From assembly GCA_017460915.1 (NCBI GenBank), contig JAFUAA010000049.1, forward strand, positions 18,547-82,546: a stretch of DNA of 64,000 bases. The letters run 5' to 3'. Origin of the DNA: Bacteroidales bacterium. Lineage in GTDB: Bacteria > Bacteroidota > Bacteroidia > Bacteroidales > F082. The translations under genes and the position numbers were made by a program. Each line of letters begins with the position of its first letter. Positions within the stretch are counted from its first letter, which is position 1. The notes below the pieces were generated by a model that had not been told where the DNA came from, did no database searches, and worked only from the letters and a program-made list of their open reading frames with translations. Of this stretch, positions 52,970 through 63,271 are shown one piece after another.

Positions 52970-55315
52970 ATGCGAAGGCTTATTTTGCTAATGACTTGTG
53001 CTATTGCGTTTGGTTTCAATGCTTTGGCGCAGCAACGGGGGCAAGTTTCAGGTGTGGTCAAGGACGCTGAAACGAGCGAGACTTTGATTGGCGTTTCCAT
53101 TTACGAGGAAAAACTTCAAATGGGCACCACTACCGACGATCGTGGACGTTACACCCTTGATTTGCCTTTGGGCGAGCACACTTTGCGCGTTTCTTATATC
53201 GGCTATGCTACGCTCAATAAGGCGGTGAACGTGACGGTCAAGCCCCAAACCCTCAACATGCGACTTCACCCAGAATCGGAAAAGCTTTCGGAAGTGGAGG
53301 TGACCAGTGAACGCAAAGACCGCAATGTGACCGCGATGGCGATGAGCGTGCAGACGCTGGATATGATCACCATCAAGAAGATTCCTGCGCTGATGGGCGA
53401 GGTGGATGTCATCAAGTCGATGACGCTGCTGCCTGGTGTGCAGTCGGCTTCTGAAGGCTCTTCGGGCTTCAGTGTGCGCGGCGGCGCTACCGACCAAAAC
53501 CTCATTCTCTTGGACGGTGCCCCTATTTACAACGCTTCGCATTTCCTCGGGTTCTTCTCGGTGTTCAATAACGACGTCGTGAAGGATGCCACGCTTTATA
53601 AAGGCGACATTCCCGCCAATTTCGGTGGACGACTTTCATCCGTGCTTGATGTGTCGGTGAAAGACGAGATGCCCAAACGCTTGGGAGTGCAAGGTGGCGT
53701 TGGCTTGGTGACCAGCCATCTGATGCTTGAGGCCCCTTTGTTTGACCACAGGACTTCGGTGCTCTTGGCTGGTCGCAGGACCTATGCGGGTCTTGTCTTG
53801 CCTTTCCTCGGCGAGGATTTGGACAAGTCGAAAATCAATTTCTACGACATCAATGCCAAGGTGAGCCAGTCGTTGGGCAAGAACGACCGCCTGTTTCTTT
53901 CCTTCTACAACGGTCACGACGAGTTCAACATGCAGCAAATGATAGGATTGGGTTATGGCAACAGTAGCGCGACTTTGCGCTGGAGCCACATCTTCTCAGA
54001 CCGCCTCACGTCCAACTTTTCCTTGATTGGCTCACGTTATCGTTATAGCATCGACATCAACTATAGTCCTTATGACTTCGCCATCAAGGCTGGCACCGAT
54101 GCGGCCAGCTTGAATTACGACATGGCGATGCATTGGAACGGACGCCACACATCGAAGTTGGGCCTGACCACGGGTATCCAGTCGTATCTGCAAGGCGAAA
54201 TCGACGACCGTGGCGGCGCCTTGGCGCAATATCTTGGCGTCGATCAGTCGAAGTCGGTGGCTCGCAAGGCTTTGGAACATGCCGTTTATTTCACCCACGA
54301 TTATGTACCCACGCCTCGATTCACCCTTCGCGCAGGCTTGAGGCTTTCGTGTTTCCAAAATATTGGTGAAGAGGAGTTCTTTACTTTTGATTCCGTCATC
54401 TACACCGTTGCCGACACCTTGCATTACGGCAAGGGAGAGGTGTTCAATACGGTGGTCAATCCCGAGCCTCGAGTGGCGGTGATGTATCGTTTGGACGAAC
54501 ATTCTTCGTTGAAGGCTTCTTATTCGCGCACGGTGCAATATGCCCAAGTGGCCTCTTCCGCAACGGGCGGCCTGCCCTTCGATGTATGGTTCCCGACCAG
54601 CCCCAACGTGAAGCCGCAGAAATGCGACCAGTTTGCGCTCGGCTATTTCCGCAATTTCGACAACGACGCCATTGAGTCTTCGGTGGAGGTGTATTACAAA
54701 AACATGCAGAATGTCATCGACTTCAAGGACAATGCCATCACTTACGGCTATCTGTTGATTGACGGTGAACTGCGTGCGGGCAAGGGACGTTCTTTCGGCG
54801 CCGAGTTTTTGGTTAGGAAAAACATCGGCAAGTTTACGGGCTGGATTTCCTACACCTATTCGCGTACTTTCCGAACAATTCCAGGCATCAGTCTTGGCAT
54901 GGAATATCGCTCGCCGTATGACCGTCCGCACAATCTTGTCATTGTAGCCAATTATGATGTGACACAGCGTATTTCGTTGGCTGCCAACTGGATATACAAT
55001 ACGGGACAACCCGTTACCTTCCCATATGGTCAATATACCATCAACGGGGTGTCTTATGCGGTTTACAACGGCAAGCGTAACGAGAGCCGCTATCCCGACT
55101 ACCATCGCCTCGACCTTTCGTTTACCTGCAAGCTGGGGAAACTAGACACCAAACGTCGCTGGCAGCACGACATCAATGTCTCGGTGTATAACGCGTATGC
55201 CCGCCACAACACATGGGCCATTACTTTCGACCAGGGCGAGAATGGCAGCATTGTCACCAAGAACATGTATCTCTTCTCGGCCGTGCCTTCCATTTCCTAT
55301 AACTTCAAATTCTGA
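52970..55315 (+). CDS. TonB-dependent receptor with N-terminal carboxypeptidase-regulatory-like domain
   Basis: Start set at MRRLILLMTCAIAF..; GVVKDAETSETLIGVSI, plug (SGFSVRGG), barrel ending ..SYNFKF. Confidence 0.8.
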   Translation: MRRLILLMTCAIAFGFNALAQQRGQVSGVVKDAETSETLIGVSIYEEKLQMGTTTDDRGRYTLDLPLGEHTLRVSYIGYATLNKAVNVTVKPQTLNMRLHPESEKLSEVEVTSERKDRNVTAMAMSVQTLDMITIKKIPALMGEVDVIKSMTLLPGVQSASEGSSGFSVRGGATDQNLILLDGAPIYNASHFLGFFSVFNNDVVKDATLYKGDIPANFGGRLSSVLDVSVKDEMPKRLGVQGGVGLVTSHLMLEAPLFDHRTSVLLAGRRTYAGLVLPFLGEDLDKSKINFYDINAKVSQSLGKNDRLFLSFYNGHDEFNMQQMIGLGYGNSSATLRWSHIFSDRLTSNFSLIGSRYRYSIDINYSPYDFAIKAGTDAASLNYDMAMHWNGRHTSKLGLTTGIQSYLQGEIDDRGGALAQYLGVDQSKSVARKALEHAVYFTHDYVPTPRFTLRAGLRLSCFQNIGEEEFFTFDSVIYTVADTLHYGKGEVFNTVVNPEPRVAVMYRLDEHSSLKASYSRTVQYAQVASSATGGLPFDVWFPTSPNVKPQKCDQFALGYFRNFDNDAIESSVEVYYKNMQNVIDFKDNAITYGYLLIDGELRAGKGRSFGAEFLVRKNIGKFTGWISYTYSRTFRTIPGISLGMEYRSPYDRPHNLVIVANYDVTQRISLAANWIYNTGQPVTFPYGQYTINGVSYAVYNGKRNESRYPDYHRLDLSFTCKLGKLDTKRRWQHDINVSVYNAYARHNTWAITFDQGENGSIVTKNMYLFSAVPSISYNFKF

Positions 55316-55320
55316 GCCTT

Positions 55321-56214
55321 ATGAAAGAGTTGCATAAATTGTTGGTCTTTGCCATTTTTGTTGCCTTTGCCTCATGCACTGAGGACATCGTCATCGATGT
55401 GGAAGAGGGCGACCCGATGATTGGCGTAGAGGCTTCGTTCACCGACGAACTGAAGCATCATGAAGCTATTTTGAGTTACACTTCCGACTTTTATGATGCA
55501 AACGAAATCAAGATGGTGAGCGGGGCTACAGTCTATGTCACAGACGGGGTGGATACGGTTTATTATGTTGAGGACCAAGAGAATAAAGGCCATTATCTCA
55601 CCGATTTGGTGGCGGCCCAAAAAAACACCTTATACCGTTTGTGTATCGATGTGCCTGAAGCCAATGGCGACATGGTGCATCTGTTTTCCGAGAGTCGGGT
55701 GCCCGACAATGTGGAAAGCATCGACAGCTTGGTGCTCAAGCATTTCAACGGAGGTAACGACACTGTACCGACCACGTTTTTTGGTGACACAATCGAGTGG
55801 CTTTATCCTTATTTCCAAAGCCTTCCCGACCCGACGATTGTCTATATGCCCATAATTGCCATCAACGACTCCATCCTTTCAGACACGCTTTCGCAGCGCA
55901 TGACAATACCGATAGGTGGCTATGCCGGTTATTACATCAACGGGCCTGAGATGCAACAAGAGAACAAGGAAATCCCTATCGCTTATTTTCGCAGGTCGAC
56001 CCTGACGCCTGGCGACACGATTCGCGCTGATTTGTTTAGTATCTCACCAGATTACATTTACTACATTTATAGCATTGTCGCATCGTTGGGAAGTAATCCA
56101 ATGTTTGGGGCACCAGCCAATGTGAGTAGCAACATACAGCCTCAGGGCGAGGCCGTGGGTTGGTTCTATACGGCTTCTGTGGTCTCAGCTTCTGTGGTTT
56201 TTGATGGGCGGTGA
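55321..56214 (+). CDS. DUF4249-type lipoprotein
   Basis: Lipobox FASC; follows the TonB-dependent receptor; paralogous to the next gene. Confidence 0.55.
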   Translation: MKELHKLLVFAIFVAFASCTEDIVIDVEEGDPMIGVEASFTDELKHHEAILSYTSDFYDANEIKMVSGATVYVTDGVDTVYYVEDQENKGHYLTDLVAAQKNTLYRLCIDVPEANGDMVHLFSESRVPDNVESIDSLVLKHFNGGNDTVPTTFFGDTIEWLYPYFQSLPDPTIVYMPIIAINDSILSDTLSQRMTIPIGGYAGYYINGPEMQQENKEIPIAYFRRSTLTPGDTIRADLFSISPDYIYYIYSIVASLGSNPMFGAPANVSSNIQPQGEAVGWFYTASVVSASVVFDGR

Positions 56215-56252
56215 TTTTATATGGAATTGAAAATGCCAAATAGAAATATCTA

Positions 56253-57155
56253 ATGACAGTGAAAAGACTTCTTTCCCGATGTCTGGTGGCATTCCCCTTG
56301 GTGGCAGCGATGGCTTGCACCGAAGATATTGCAATGGACATTCCTGAAGGTCGCAAAAGACCGGTAATCGAAGGCTCAATCACCAATGAGTACAAGCGCC
56401 ACGAAGTCATTTTGAGCTGTTCTTCTGAGCTGTACTCGGAGGAGCGGGAGATGATTTCAGGAGCCGAGGTTTATGTGGAAAGCAACGGGGATACGATTTG
56501 GTTTTACGAACAGCCCAACAAGCCAGGGCATTATCTTTCCGACTCGGTGGCGGGCGTGAAAAATCGCTGGTATCATCTGGAGGTAAACGTGACGGAAAAC
56601 GACCTGTATTCGAGGCCATTGCGCATGTATGCCGACACCAAGATGTCGAATAACGCCTCGGGCATTGATTCCATTGGACTGTTGCCCAAACTCGATGAAA
56701 ACAACATCCCCCTTGTCGACGATGATGCTGCGGTTTGTGTATGTCCCTATTTCCAGACCTTGTCGGATTCTTCCATCGTCTATAACGTGGAACTGTATCT
56801 GAACGGAGCCAGATTCAAGAACCGTCCTTCCAAACTGTTCAATCTCTTTCCGATGAAGGGTTATGCGGGCTATTATTTTAATGGTCCTGAAATGCTGCAA
56901 AGCAATATCGAGGTTCCCGTCGGCATCATGAACAAGGTGTATATGCACGAAGGCGACGTGGTGAAGGTGAAGCTTTACAGCATTTCAAGAGACTATATGT
57001 ATTTCCTTGTGGGACAAAAACTGGCCATCGGGGTCAATCCAGTGATGGGGGCTTTCCCGGCCATGTTTTCCAATATCTTTTCGAATTGTGACGCCATCGG
57101 TTGGTTCAATGCCACTTCGGTGATCGTAGGCGAAGGCGTTTATCACGAGTTTTGA
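56253..57155 (+). CDS. DUF4249-type lipoprotein (paralog)
   Basis: Alignable along its length to 55321..56214 (HEAILSY / HEVILSC, GYAGYY.NGPEM). Confidence 0.55.
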   Translation: MTVKRLLSRCLVAFPLVAAMACTEDIAMDIPEGRKRPVIEGSITNEYKRHEVILSCSSELYSEEREMISGAEVYVESNGDTIWFYEQPNKPGHYLSDSVAGVKNRWYHLEVNVTENDLYSRPLRMYADTKMSNNASGIDSIGLLPKLDENNIPLVDDDAAVCVCPYFQTLSDSSIVYNVELYLNGARFKNRPSKLFNLFPMKGYAGYYFNGPEMLQSNIEVPVGIMNKVYMHEGDVVKVKLYSISRDYMYFLVGQKLAIGVNPVMGAFPAMFSNIFSNCDAIGWFNATSVIVGEGVYHEF

Positions 57156-57235
57156 TCGCCGGTTCAAACCAAGACAAAAAACAAATGGCTGCCTGAGATG
57201 TCAGACAGCCATTTGCTTGTGAAATGGGGTGGGGG

Positions 57236-60200
57236 TTATTTGACCACCACCTTCTCGATGCGGGTTTGCGTGCCTGCGGTGAGGCGAAGGAAGTAAACAC
57301 CCTTCTGCATGCCGTTCACGTTGAGTTCGTGGTTGCCGTTGGCGGTGCCGCTGACCACCAGTTGACCCATGCCGTTGTACATGGCATAGCTGAACTCGGC
57401 ATCGCCGAAGCTGATGTGTAGCATGTCATTGACGGGGTTGGGATAGATGCTGAACTCGCCAGCAAGCTCTTCCACATCTGTGAGGTCGGCGATGATGCAC
57501 TCGGGAGCCGAGACGCAGTCGTTGTATTCGGCCACGACGCAGTAAGTGTAGTAGATGGCTTGCATCGTCTCTTCCGAGTAAGAGGCCTCGGTGGTCTGAC
57601 CCACTTCGATGCCATTACGGTAGATGATGAAGTTGATGGCATCTTCGGGTCTGTCCCAAGTCAGCGTGATGTTGGACTCTGCAATTTGCATCTCGAGGTT
57701 CGAGACCATGGCGCAAACACCAGAGGAGCTGCCGCTGGCGCAGTTGCAGTCGAATTGATAAAGCACCCCAGGCGACGGGTTGCTGGCTTCATAGATTTGC
57801 TCGCCCGTTTCGTACTTGACGACGAAGGAGCATTCGCTGTCGTAGCTGCCGCGCACCCAGGTCAAAGTGACGTGGACGCCGTTGCCAATCTCGATGGTTT
57901 CGGTGTGAGAAGGGCCAGAGCTGAAAGTGAGGTCCATCGAAGGCGTGTCGTCGTCGAAGCTGACTGTCAGTTTGGCGCCGTTCCAGCCGTCGCCGTAGGA
58001 GTCGCTCAGTTCGAAGATGACGTTGCATGAGTTCTTCAGCGTCAATGTGCCTTCAGCGGTCAGGCCGCCGTCGGCTTGCATTGCGAAGTTCACGGGGATG
58101 ACCATGGTTTCGGGGCAGTTGGCTGCAATTTGCATGTTGAACACAGCGGTGCCAATGCCTTCGGGATCGATGGTGCCAAGCTCCACCTCAGGATTGAGGA
58201 GGGTGACATATTCGTTGTCGCATGAAATGGTGGCTATGCCGTTGGTGGCCATATAGTGGCCCACGTTCTTGAAGTTGGCGACCAAGGTCACGGTTTCGCC
58301 AGGAACGTAGCTGCCAGCCCAGTTGGTGCCAGCATAATTGAGGATGGCTTGTCCGGCAGTGATGTAGACCTTGCCAGCCCAGGTTTGTCTGCCGTCGGTC
58401 ATTTCGATGTCGATTTGGAAACGGGTGCCGTCCTCAACGCCTTCGGCCACGATGAAGCTGAAAGCATTGTTGAGGGAGGTGGTTTCGTCGGCATTCAGTA
58501 CTGGGAAGGATGCTGTTCCGTTGAGGATGCTCAAACGATTGTCGGCGCAAGTCAAAGCGACGTTGGTGTTGCCATTGGTTGGGTCAACACCCACATTCTT
58601 GAACATCATGCTCAGGCTTGTCTCTTGGTTGACAGGGGCAAAGTTAGGTGCGTAGCTGGCCACAGTGACATAAGGGCCTTCGGCAGGCAGCACTTCCACG
58701 GTGATGACTTCAGTCACTTTGTTGTAGCCCATCACGGTCAAGGTGGCATTACCCACATTGCTCATTGCGGGGAAGCTCAGTGTAGCGGCGTTGTTGACAA
58801 TGTTGGTTGAGGCAATCACTTCGCCGTCCATCATGAGGGTGGCAATGCCGTAAGCCGTGTTTTCGGTGGTGATTTCAAGTTCAGTCATGCCTAACATCAG
58901 GACAGCAGGAGCGATGTTGACGTTCATGCCCGTCGGGTTGTCGGTGCGAACCATCAAGCTCGGGTCGCCAAAACAAATCCACGTGTCGTGGGTGTCGTTG
59001 CCTTGGCTGCCTGACATGTCCAAAACGTTTGCGTTGCCGTTCACGGAAGCACTACCAAAGGTGTGGTTGAACTTGTCGGCTTCGCGCCATTCGCAAAGGA
59101 CATTGACCATTTCGTCTTGGCCGTACATAGGTGGAATCCAAGGTTGGCTCATCCAGGAGAACATGCCGCCGATGGCACCCGTGGGGACGCCAGTTTGGTT
59201 GTTGCTGGCGCGCATCCAAGCCTCGGCAAAGCATTCGCCGTTAGCACCGCCATAGTTGAATTTACCAGTCAGGCAAGCCACCGACCAGTTGATGGGCCAC
59301 ATGTAGTCGTTGACCAAGGCGTTGACGTGGCTGTTGCTGTAGTTGGCCACGCCCCAGCTGGTCTCCGAACCGTGGTTGCAGTAGTTGATGATGCTGACAC
59401 CTTCATTAATAGCGTTGCTGATGGTTGTGGTGGTGGCACCGCCGCCGCCGTGAAGTTCGGTAACGTGTTCGTAGGTGTAGTGCTCAAGCGTATCGCGAAT
59501 GAGGTCGATGTGTTGGTAGTCGTCTTCGCCATAGTGGCCGCTACCGGCACCGATGGCGCCGATGCCCAAGCCCTTGTTGACCCAAGTGAGGCCTTCGGGC
59601 ATGTCGCGCTCGTAGTAGAGCACCTTGTTGACATGGTTGGCCAAATGGGCTTCGGTCTGCACCGAGAAACGACCCAATAAAACGTCGTCGTAGTGGTCTG
59701 TGCCAACGATTTGGGCAAACCAGTTGTCGGAGCGTTCACCGCTTACCGAGTGGGGCGTGATGTGGTCGTAGTCACCGACAAACAGGACAAATACGAGGTT
59801 GTGGTTCGGGTCGTTGTAGAAGTTTTGGATGTAACTCTTGATTTGTGTGTCGTTGTTGCCACCGGCTTCGGAGACGCTCACCATCGTGGTGGGACGGCCC
59901 GATTGGTTCTTCCAAGCAACGAACTCTTCCATGCCAGCCATGAACTGGTCAGCGCAGATGACCAACATTTCGCCACGGTCGATTACGAAGTTATACTTGG
60001 CTCCGTTTTGTCCGTAGTTGATGAAACGGCGTTGGTAGGATTGCAGCATCTCAGCATCCACTTTGATGTCACCCTTTTTGCGGTTGACCATGGGGTTCTC
60101 GCCATTGTCGCTCACCTTTTTCATGCTAATGGTGAGGTGGTGATACACGCGGAGGGTCTTCGTCACGGGGTTGTAGGCGAAGGGCGTCACCACGATGTTT

Positions 60201-60694
60201 TGGCCACGGCAGTCGCGAAGGATGTAAGGAGCGTCCAATGCGGCTTGGGTTGCAGGATAAAAAGCGTTTTGGCTGTACATTTCACCATAGGTGTAAGGCA
60301 CATCCTTGGGATCAATCTGACGGCTGATGTTGCCCTTCGAAGGGGCCACCTCGACGTTGAAGTCGGTGTATTCGCCATTCATGATGTTGACATCCATCTC
60401 TGCCATGTCGCCAATGAGGACCGGCACAGGGAAGTGAGGCAGGTTAGGAGCACCGGCATCGAGCGATGTTGCCATCTTCGGGACCGAAATGACATTCTGC
60501 TCGCCGTTAGGAGTGCTCACTCTGGTCATGTAGAAACCGCCCAGCGTGAAGTCGACGACGACTTCTTTCTCGCTGCTCGAAATCAACTTGACCTCAGGAC
60601 CAGCAGGATTGCTCTTGCTGATGGTCGTCCACTGTTGGGCGAATGCCATTGCTGACACGGCCGCTAACATGAGGGATAAAAATAGTTTTTTCAT
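57236..60694 (-). CDS. Peptidase C25 (gingipain-family) protease with Ig-like/FN3 repeats and T9SS C-terminal sorting domain
   Basis: Start set at MKKLFLSLMLAAVSAMAFA; catalytic His/Cys blocks INYCNHGSETSWG and SVACLTGKF; CTD ending ..GVYFLRLTAGTQTRIEKVVVK. Confidence 0.8.
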   Translation of the reverse strand: MKKLFLSLMLAAVSAMAFAQQWTTISKSNPAGPEVKLISSSEKEVVVDFTLGGFYMTRVSTPNGEQNVISVPKMATSLDAGAPNLPHFPVPVLIGDMAEMDVNIMNGEYTDFNVEVAPSKGNISRQIDPKDVPYTYGEMYSQNAFYPATQAALDAPYILRDCRGQNIVVTPFAYNPVTKTLRVYHHLTISMKKVSDNGENPMVNRKKGDIKVDAEMLQSYQRRFINYGQNGAKYNFVIDRGEMLVICADQFMAGMEEFVAWKNQSGRPTTMVSVSEAGGNNDTQIKSYIQNFYNDPNHNLVFVLFVGDYDHITPHSVSGERSDNWFAQIVGTDHYDDVLLGRFSVQTEAHLANHVNKVLYYERDMPEGLTWVNKGLGIGAIGAGSGHYGEDDYQHIDLIRDTLEHYTYEHVTELHGGGGATTTTISNAINEGVSIINYCNHGSETSWGVANYSNSHVNALVNDYMWPINWSVACLTGKFNYGGANGECFAEAWMRASNNQTGVPTGAIGGMFSWMSQPWIPPMYGQDEMVNVLCEWREADKFNHTFGSASVNGNANVLDMSGSQGNDTHDTWICFGDPSLMVRTDNPTGMNVNIAPAVLMLGMTELEITTENTAYGIATLMMDGEVIASTNIVNNAATLSFPAMSNVGNATLTVMGYNKVTEVITVEVLPAEGPYVTVASYAPNFAPVNQETSLSMMFKNVGVDPTNGNTNVALTCADNRLSILNGTASFPVLNADETTSLNNAFSFIVAEGVEDGTRFQIDIEMTDGRQTWAGKVYITAGQAILNYAGTNWAGSYVPGETVTLVANFKNVGHYMATNGIATISCDNEYVTLLNPEVELGTIDPEGIGTAVFNMQIAANCPETMVIPVNFAMQADGGLTAEGTLTLKNSCNVIFELSDSYGDGWNGAKLTVSFDDDTPSMDLTFSSGPSHTETIEIGNGVHVTLTWVRGSYDSECSFVVKYETGEQIYEASNPSPGVLYQFDCNCASGSSSGVCAMVSNLEMQIAESNITLTWDRPEDAINFIIYRNGIEVGQTTEASYSEETMQAIYYTYCVVAEYNDCVSAPECIIADLTDVEELAGEFSIYPNPVNDMLHISFGDAEFSYAMYNGMGQLVVSGTANGNHELNVNGMQKGVYFLRLTAGTQTRIEKVVVK

Positions 60695-60835
60695 GTGTTG
60701 AAAATTTAAAGAGTTTGTTGTTCGATTAAAGGCGCAAATATACAAAACTTTTTGGCTGGATGGCATTTGGTGGAAAAATATTCTCGTGAATCGCTTATTT
60801 TGTGTATTTTTGCATCTCAAATTGAAAAACAGAGT

Positions 60836-61570
60836 ATGGGATTTTTCTTGAAGCTGATATTGATGGGCTTGGGCTGGTCATTTGGTGGCCCCATTGGAGG
60901 CATCATCGGCTATGCCATCGGAAGCCTTTTCTCGAGCAACAGCCCGAGGGTGATTCGCTCAGAGGTGAACGAGCAATTTGGCAATACGGAAGAGAAGCGC
61001 GACTTCAACGTGACGTTGCTCGTGCTATCAGCTGCCGTGATGAAGGCCGACGGAGCCGTGAAGCGTTCGGAACTGGACTATGTGAAGCGTTTCTTCTTGC
61101 AGAACTTCGGTCAGGAACGCGCCGAAAACTACATCAAGATGTTGCGCGAAATCCTCGCCAAAGACTACAACCTCTATGAAGTCAGCCAGCAGGTGGGCCG
61201 CTACATGGATTATTCCTCTCGACTGCAACTGCTTCATTACCTGTTTGGCATCGCCAATGCCGACGGCAGAATTTCGCAGGAGGAGTTGAGCGTCATCAAC
61301 ACGATTTCCGATTACATGGGCATCACCGCCAGCGACTTCAATTCGGTGAAGGCGATGTTCATCAAGGAGACCGACAGTGCCTACAAGATTCTCGGCATCG
61401 ATCCTTCGGCCACCGACGAGGAGGTGAAGAAAGCCTACCGCGACATGGCCAAGAAAAACCACCCCGACTTGGTCGGCAACCTTGGCGAGGAGGTGCGCCA
61501 AGCCGCCGAGAAGAAGTTCCAGGAAATCAATGCGGCTTACGAGTCAATCAAAAAACAACGAGGACTTTAA
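60836..61570 (+). CDS. TerB-like + J-domain membrane co-chaperone (DjlA-like)
   Basis: Start set at [14 protein letters not shown]; C-terminal J domain ([29 protein letters not shown]). Confidence 0.7.
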   Translation: MGFFLKLILMGLGWSFGGPIGGIIGYAIGSLFSSNSPRVIRSEVNEQFGNTEEKRDFNVTLLVLSAAVMKADGAVKRSELDYVKRFFLQNFGQERAENYIKMLREILAKDYNLYEVSQQVGRYMDYSSRLQLLHYLFGIANADGRISQEELSVINTISDYMGITASDFNSVKAMFIKETDSAYKILGIDPSATDEEVKKAYRDMAKKNHPDLVGNLGEEVRQAAEKKFQEINAAYESIKKQRGL

Positions 61571-61577
61571 CCCAAAG

Positions 61578-63149
61578 TCACTCAAATCGCTCAATTCTAC
61601 AACGGTGCTGCTTGCTGCTACGCTCGTAAGTGATTCCCACAAGCAGCAAGTTATCAGTATACTGCGCAACTTTGGCGGGATATTGCCGACGCTTGATTTG
61701 CTCAATGGCTGTATCAATAGCCTTGTCGTATTTCAACTCGATGACAATGGCGGGGCTGTCGACATTCTTGCGCGGAATGAGCACTAAGTCGGCAAAGCCT
61801 TTGCCCGTGGCCAACTCCCGATGGATGATGTAGTTGTTGGAGGCATAGTAATAGGCAATGCTTAGCACGCAGGCCAACGAATTCTCGTCGTTGTAGTTCA
61901 AGATGCTGGTGCTCTCGTCGTGGGCTACGTCCACGCCACGGGCTACAGCTTCCGCGTCGCCACGGAGCGTCGCCTGAACGAGTTGCTTTGACTTTTCGAG
62001 TGCATCGGCAATATGGCTCCAGTTATTCAACCTGACGGCGTTGACCATTTCGCCCGCCACTTCGCGGTTGGGGATGTAGCACTCGCTCTCTTTCCAGTCG
62101 TACGACAGATAACCCAAGTGGATGAGTACGGTAAACACATCGTCCCTGGAATGGATGATTGACATGTCGTTTTGGAACCCTGTGGGATCAACCGGGCAAC
62201 GTTCTCCGGCCAGCATCCGCACCACGTCATCTTTCAGCCCTTCGTAGTTCATTGAGATATAGTGCGCCACCGCGTCGTAGGCACCTGTGGCCGCCCAGAA
62301 ACTGCGGCATCGCCTTGCCCGAAGTGCCTGCATGACCGAGTTGGGGTTGAAAATGGACAGTTCGTCGCCAATCTGGTAGCCGTCGTACCATTTCTCCAAC
62401 TCGTCGAAATCCATGTGATGCTTCTCGGCAAGCCTCTTCACCTCGTCCTTGGTAAAGCCAAAATACGGAGCCATATCCACTGGCTCCACCATTGAGTATT
62501 CGATAAAATTGTTGAGTGCCGACTGGGTTTGGTATTTCTTGATGGGCAGGATACCCGTCATGTAAACGCCTGCGAAGACGCGGACGGCATCTTGGCTCTT
62601 GAACATCCGTCGGAGCCAACCGACATAGCGATCCATTGCCGTTGTGTCAGGAGCGTATTCCCGACAGATGGCATCCCATTCGTCGATGATGAACACAAAC
62701 GACTGGTCTTTGGCTTCAATCACACGAAGCAGAAAGTCCATCAGCCTGTCGCCCGCTTCCATAGGTACATCGGGATAGGCCTTGCCGACATCCGCCAGCA
62801 GAGCGGCATCCATTCGGTCCACAATGCTGTCGTCGTTACGGTCGGAGATAAAACTCGTCAGGTCGAGATAGATGACGGGGTACTTGTTCAGGTGTTTCTC
62901 AAATGAAGGGTCTTTGGCAATCTCAAGGTCGGCGAACAAGTTGCGCGAGTCGCACGAGTGGTCGTAGTAGGCACACAACATCTTGGCTGCCACCGACTTG
63001 CCGAAGCGACGGCTGCGCGTGACGCAACTTTGGCTACGCTCTGTGAAAAGAGTATTGTTCACAATGGAGATAAGCCTCGACTTGTCAATATATTCGCTGT
63101 TTCTAATTCTTTGGAAACCAACATTTCCGATGTTGATAAAAGTACCCAT
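61578..63149 (-). CDS. AAA-ATPase-like N-terminal domain + PD-(D/E)XK nuclease-like C-terminal domain protein
   Basis: Start set at MGTFINIGNVGFQRIRNSEYIDKS; C-terminal GKGFADLVLIP .. IVIELKY nuclease-like motif. Confidence 0.6.
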   Translation of the reverse strand: MGTFINIGNVGFQRIRNSEYIDKSRLISIVNNTLFTERSQSCVTRSRRFGKSVAAKMLCAYYDHSCDSRNLFADLEIAKDPSFEKHLNKYPVIYLDLTSFISDRNDDSIVDRMDAALLADVGKAYPDVPMEAGDRLMDFLLRVIEAKDQSFVFIIDEWDAICREYAPDTTAMDRYVGWLRRMFKSQDAVRVFAGVYMTGILPIKKYQTQSALNNFIEYSMVEPVDMAPYFGFTKDEVKRLAEKHHMDFDELEKWYDGYQIGDELSIFNPNSVMQALRARRCRSFWAATGAYDAVAHYISMNYEGLKDDVVRMLAGERCPVDPTGFQNDMSIIHSRDDVFTVLIHLGYLSYDWKESECYIPNREVAGEMVNAVRLNNWSHIADALEKSKQLVQATLRGDAEAVARGVDVAHDESTSILNYNDENSLACVLSIAYYYASNNYIIHRELATGKGFADLVLIPRKNVDSPAIVIELKYDKAIDTAIEQIKRRQYPAKVAQYTDNLLLVGITYERSSKQHRCRIERFE

Positions 63150-63271
63150 GTCATCTTGATTTTGGTGCAAAGGTAGCAATATTTCTGGAAATCAATGTAA
63201 AAACATCAGGTTAGTAAATAAAAAAAGGCCGCCCTTGCGGACGACCTTTCTCGTCGGAAAATTTCAAATTA

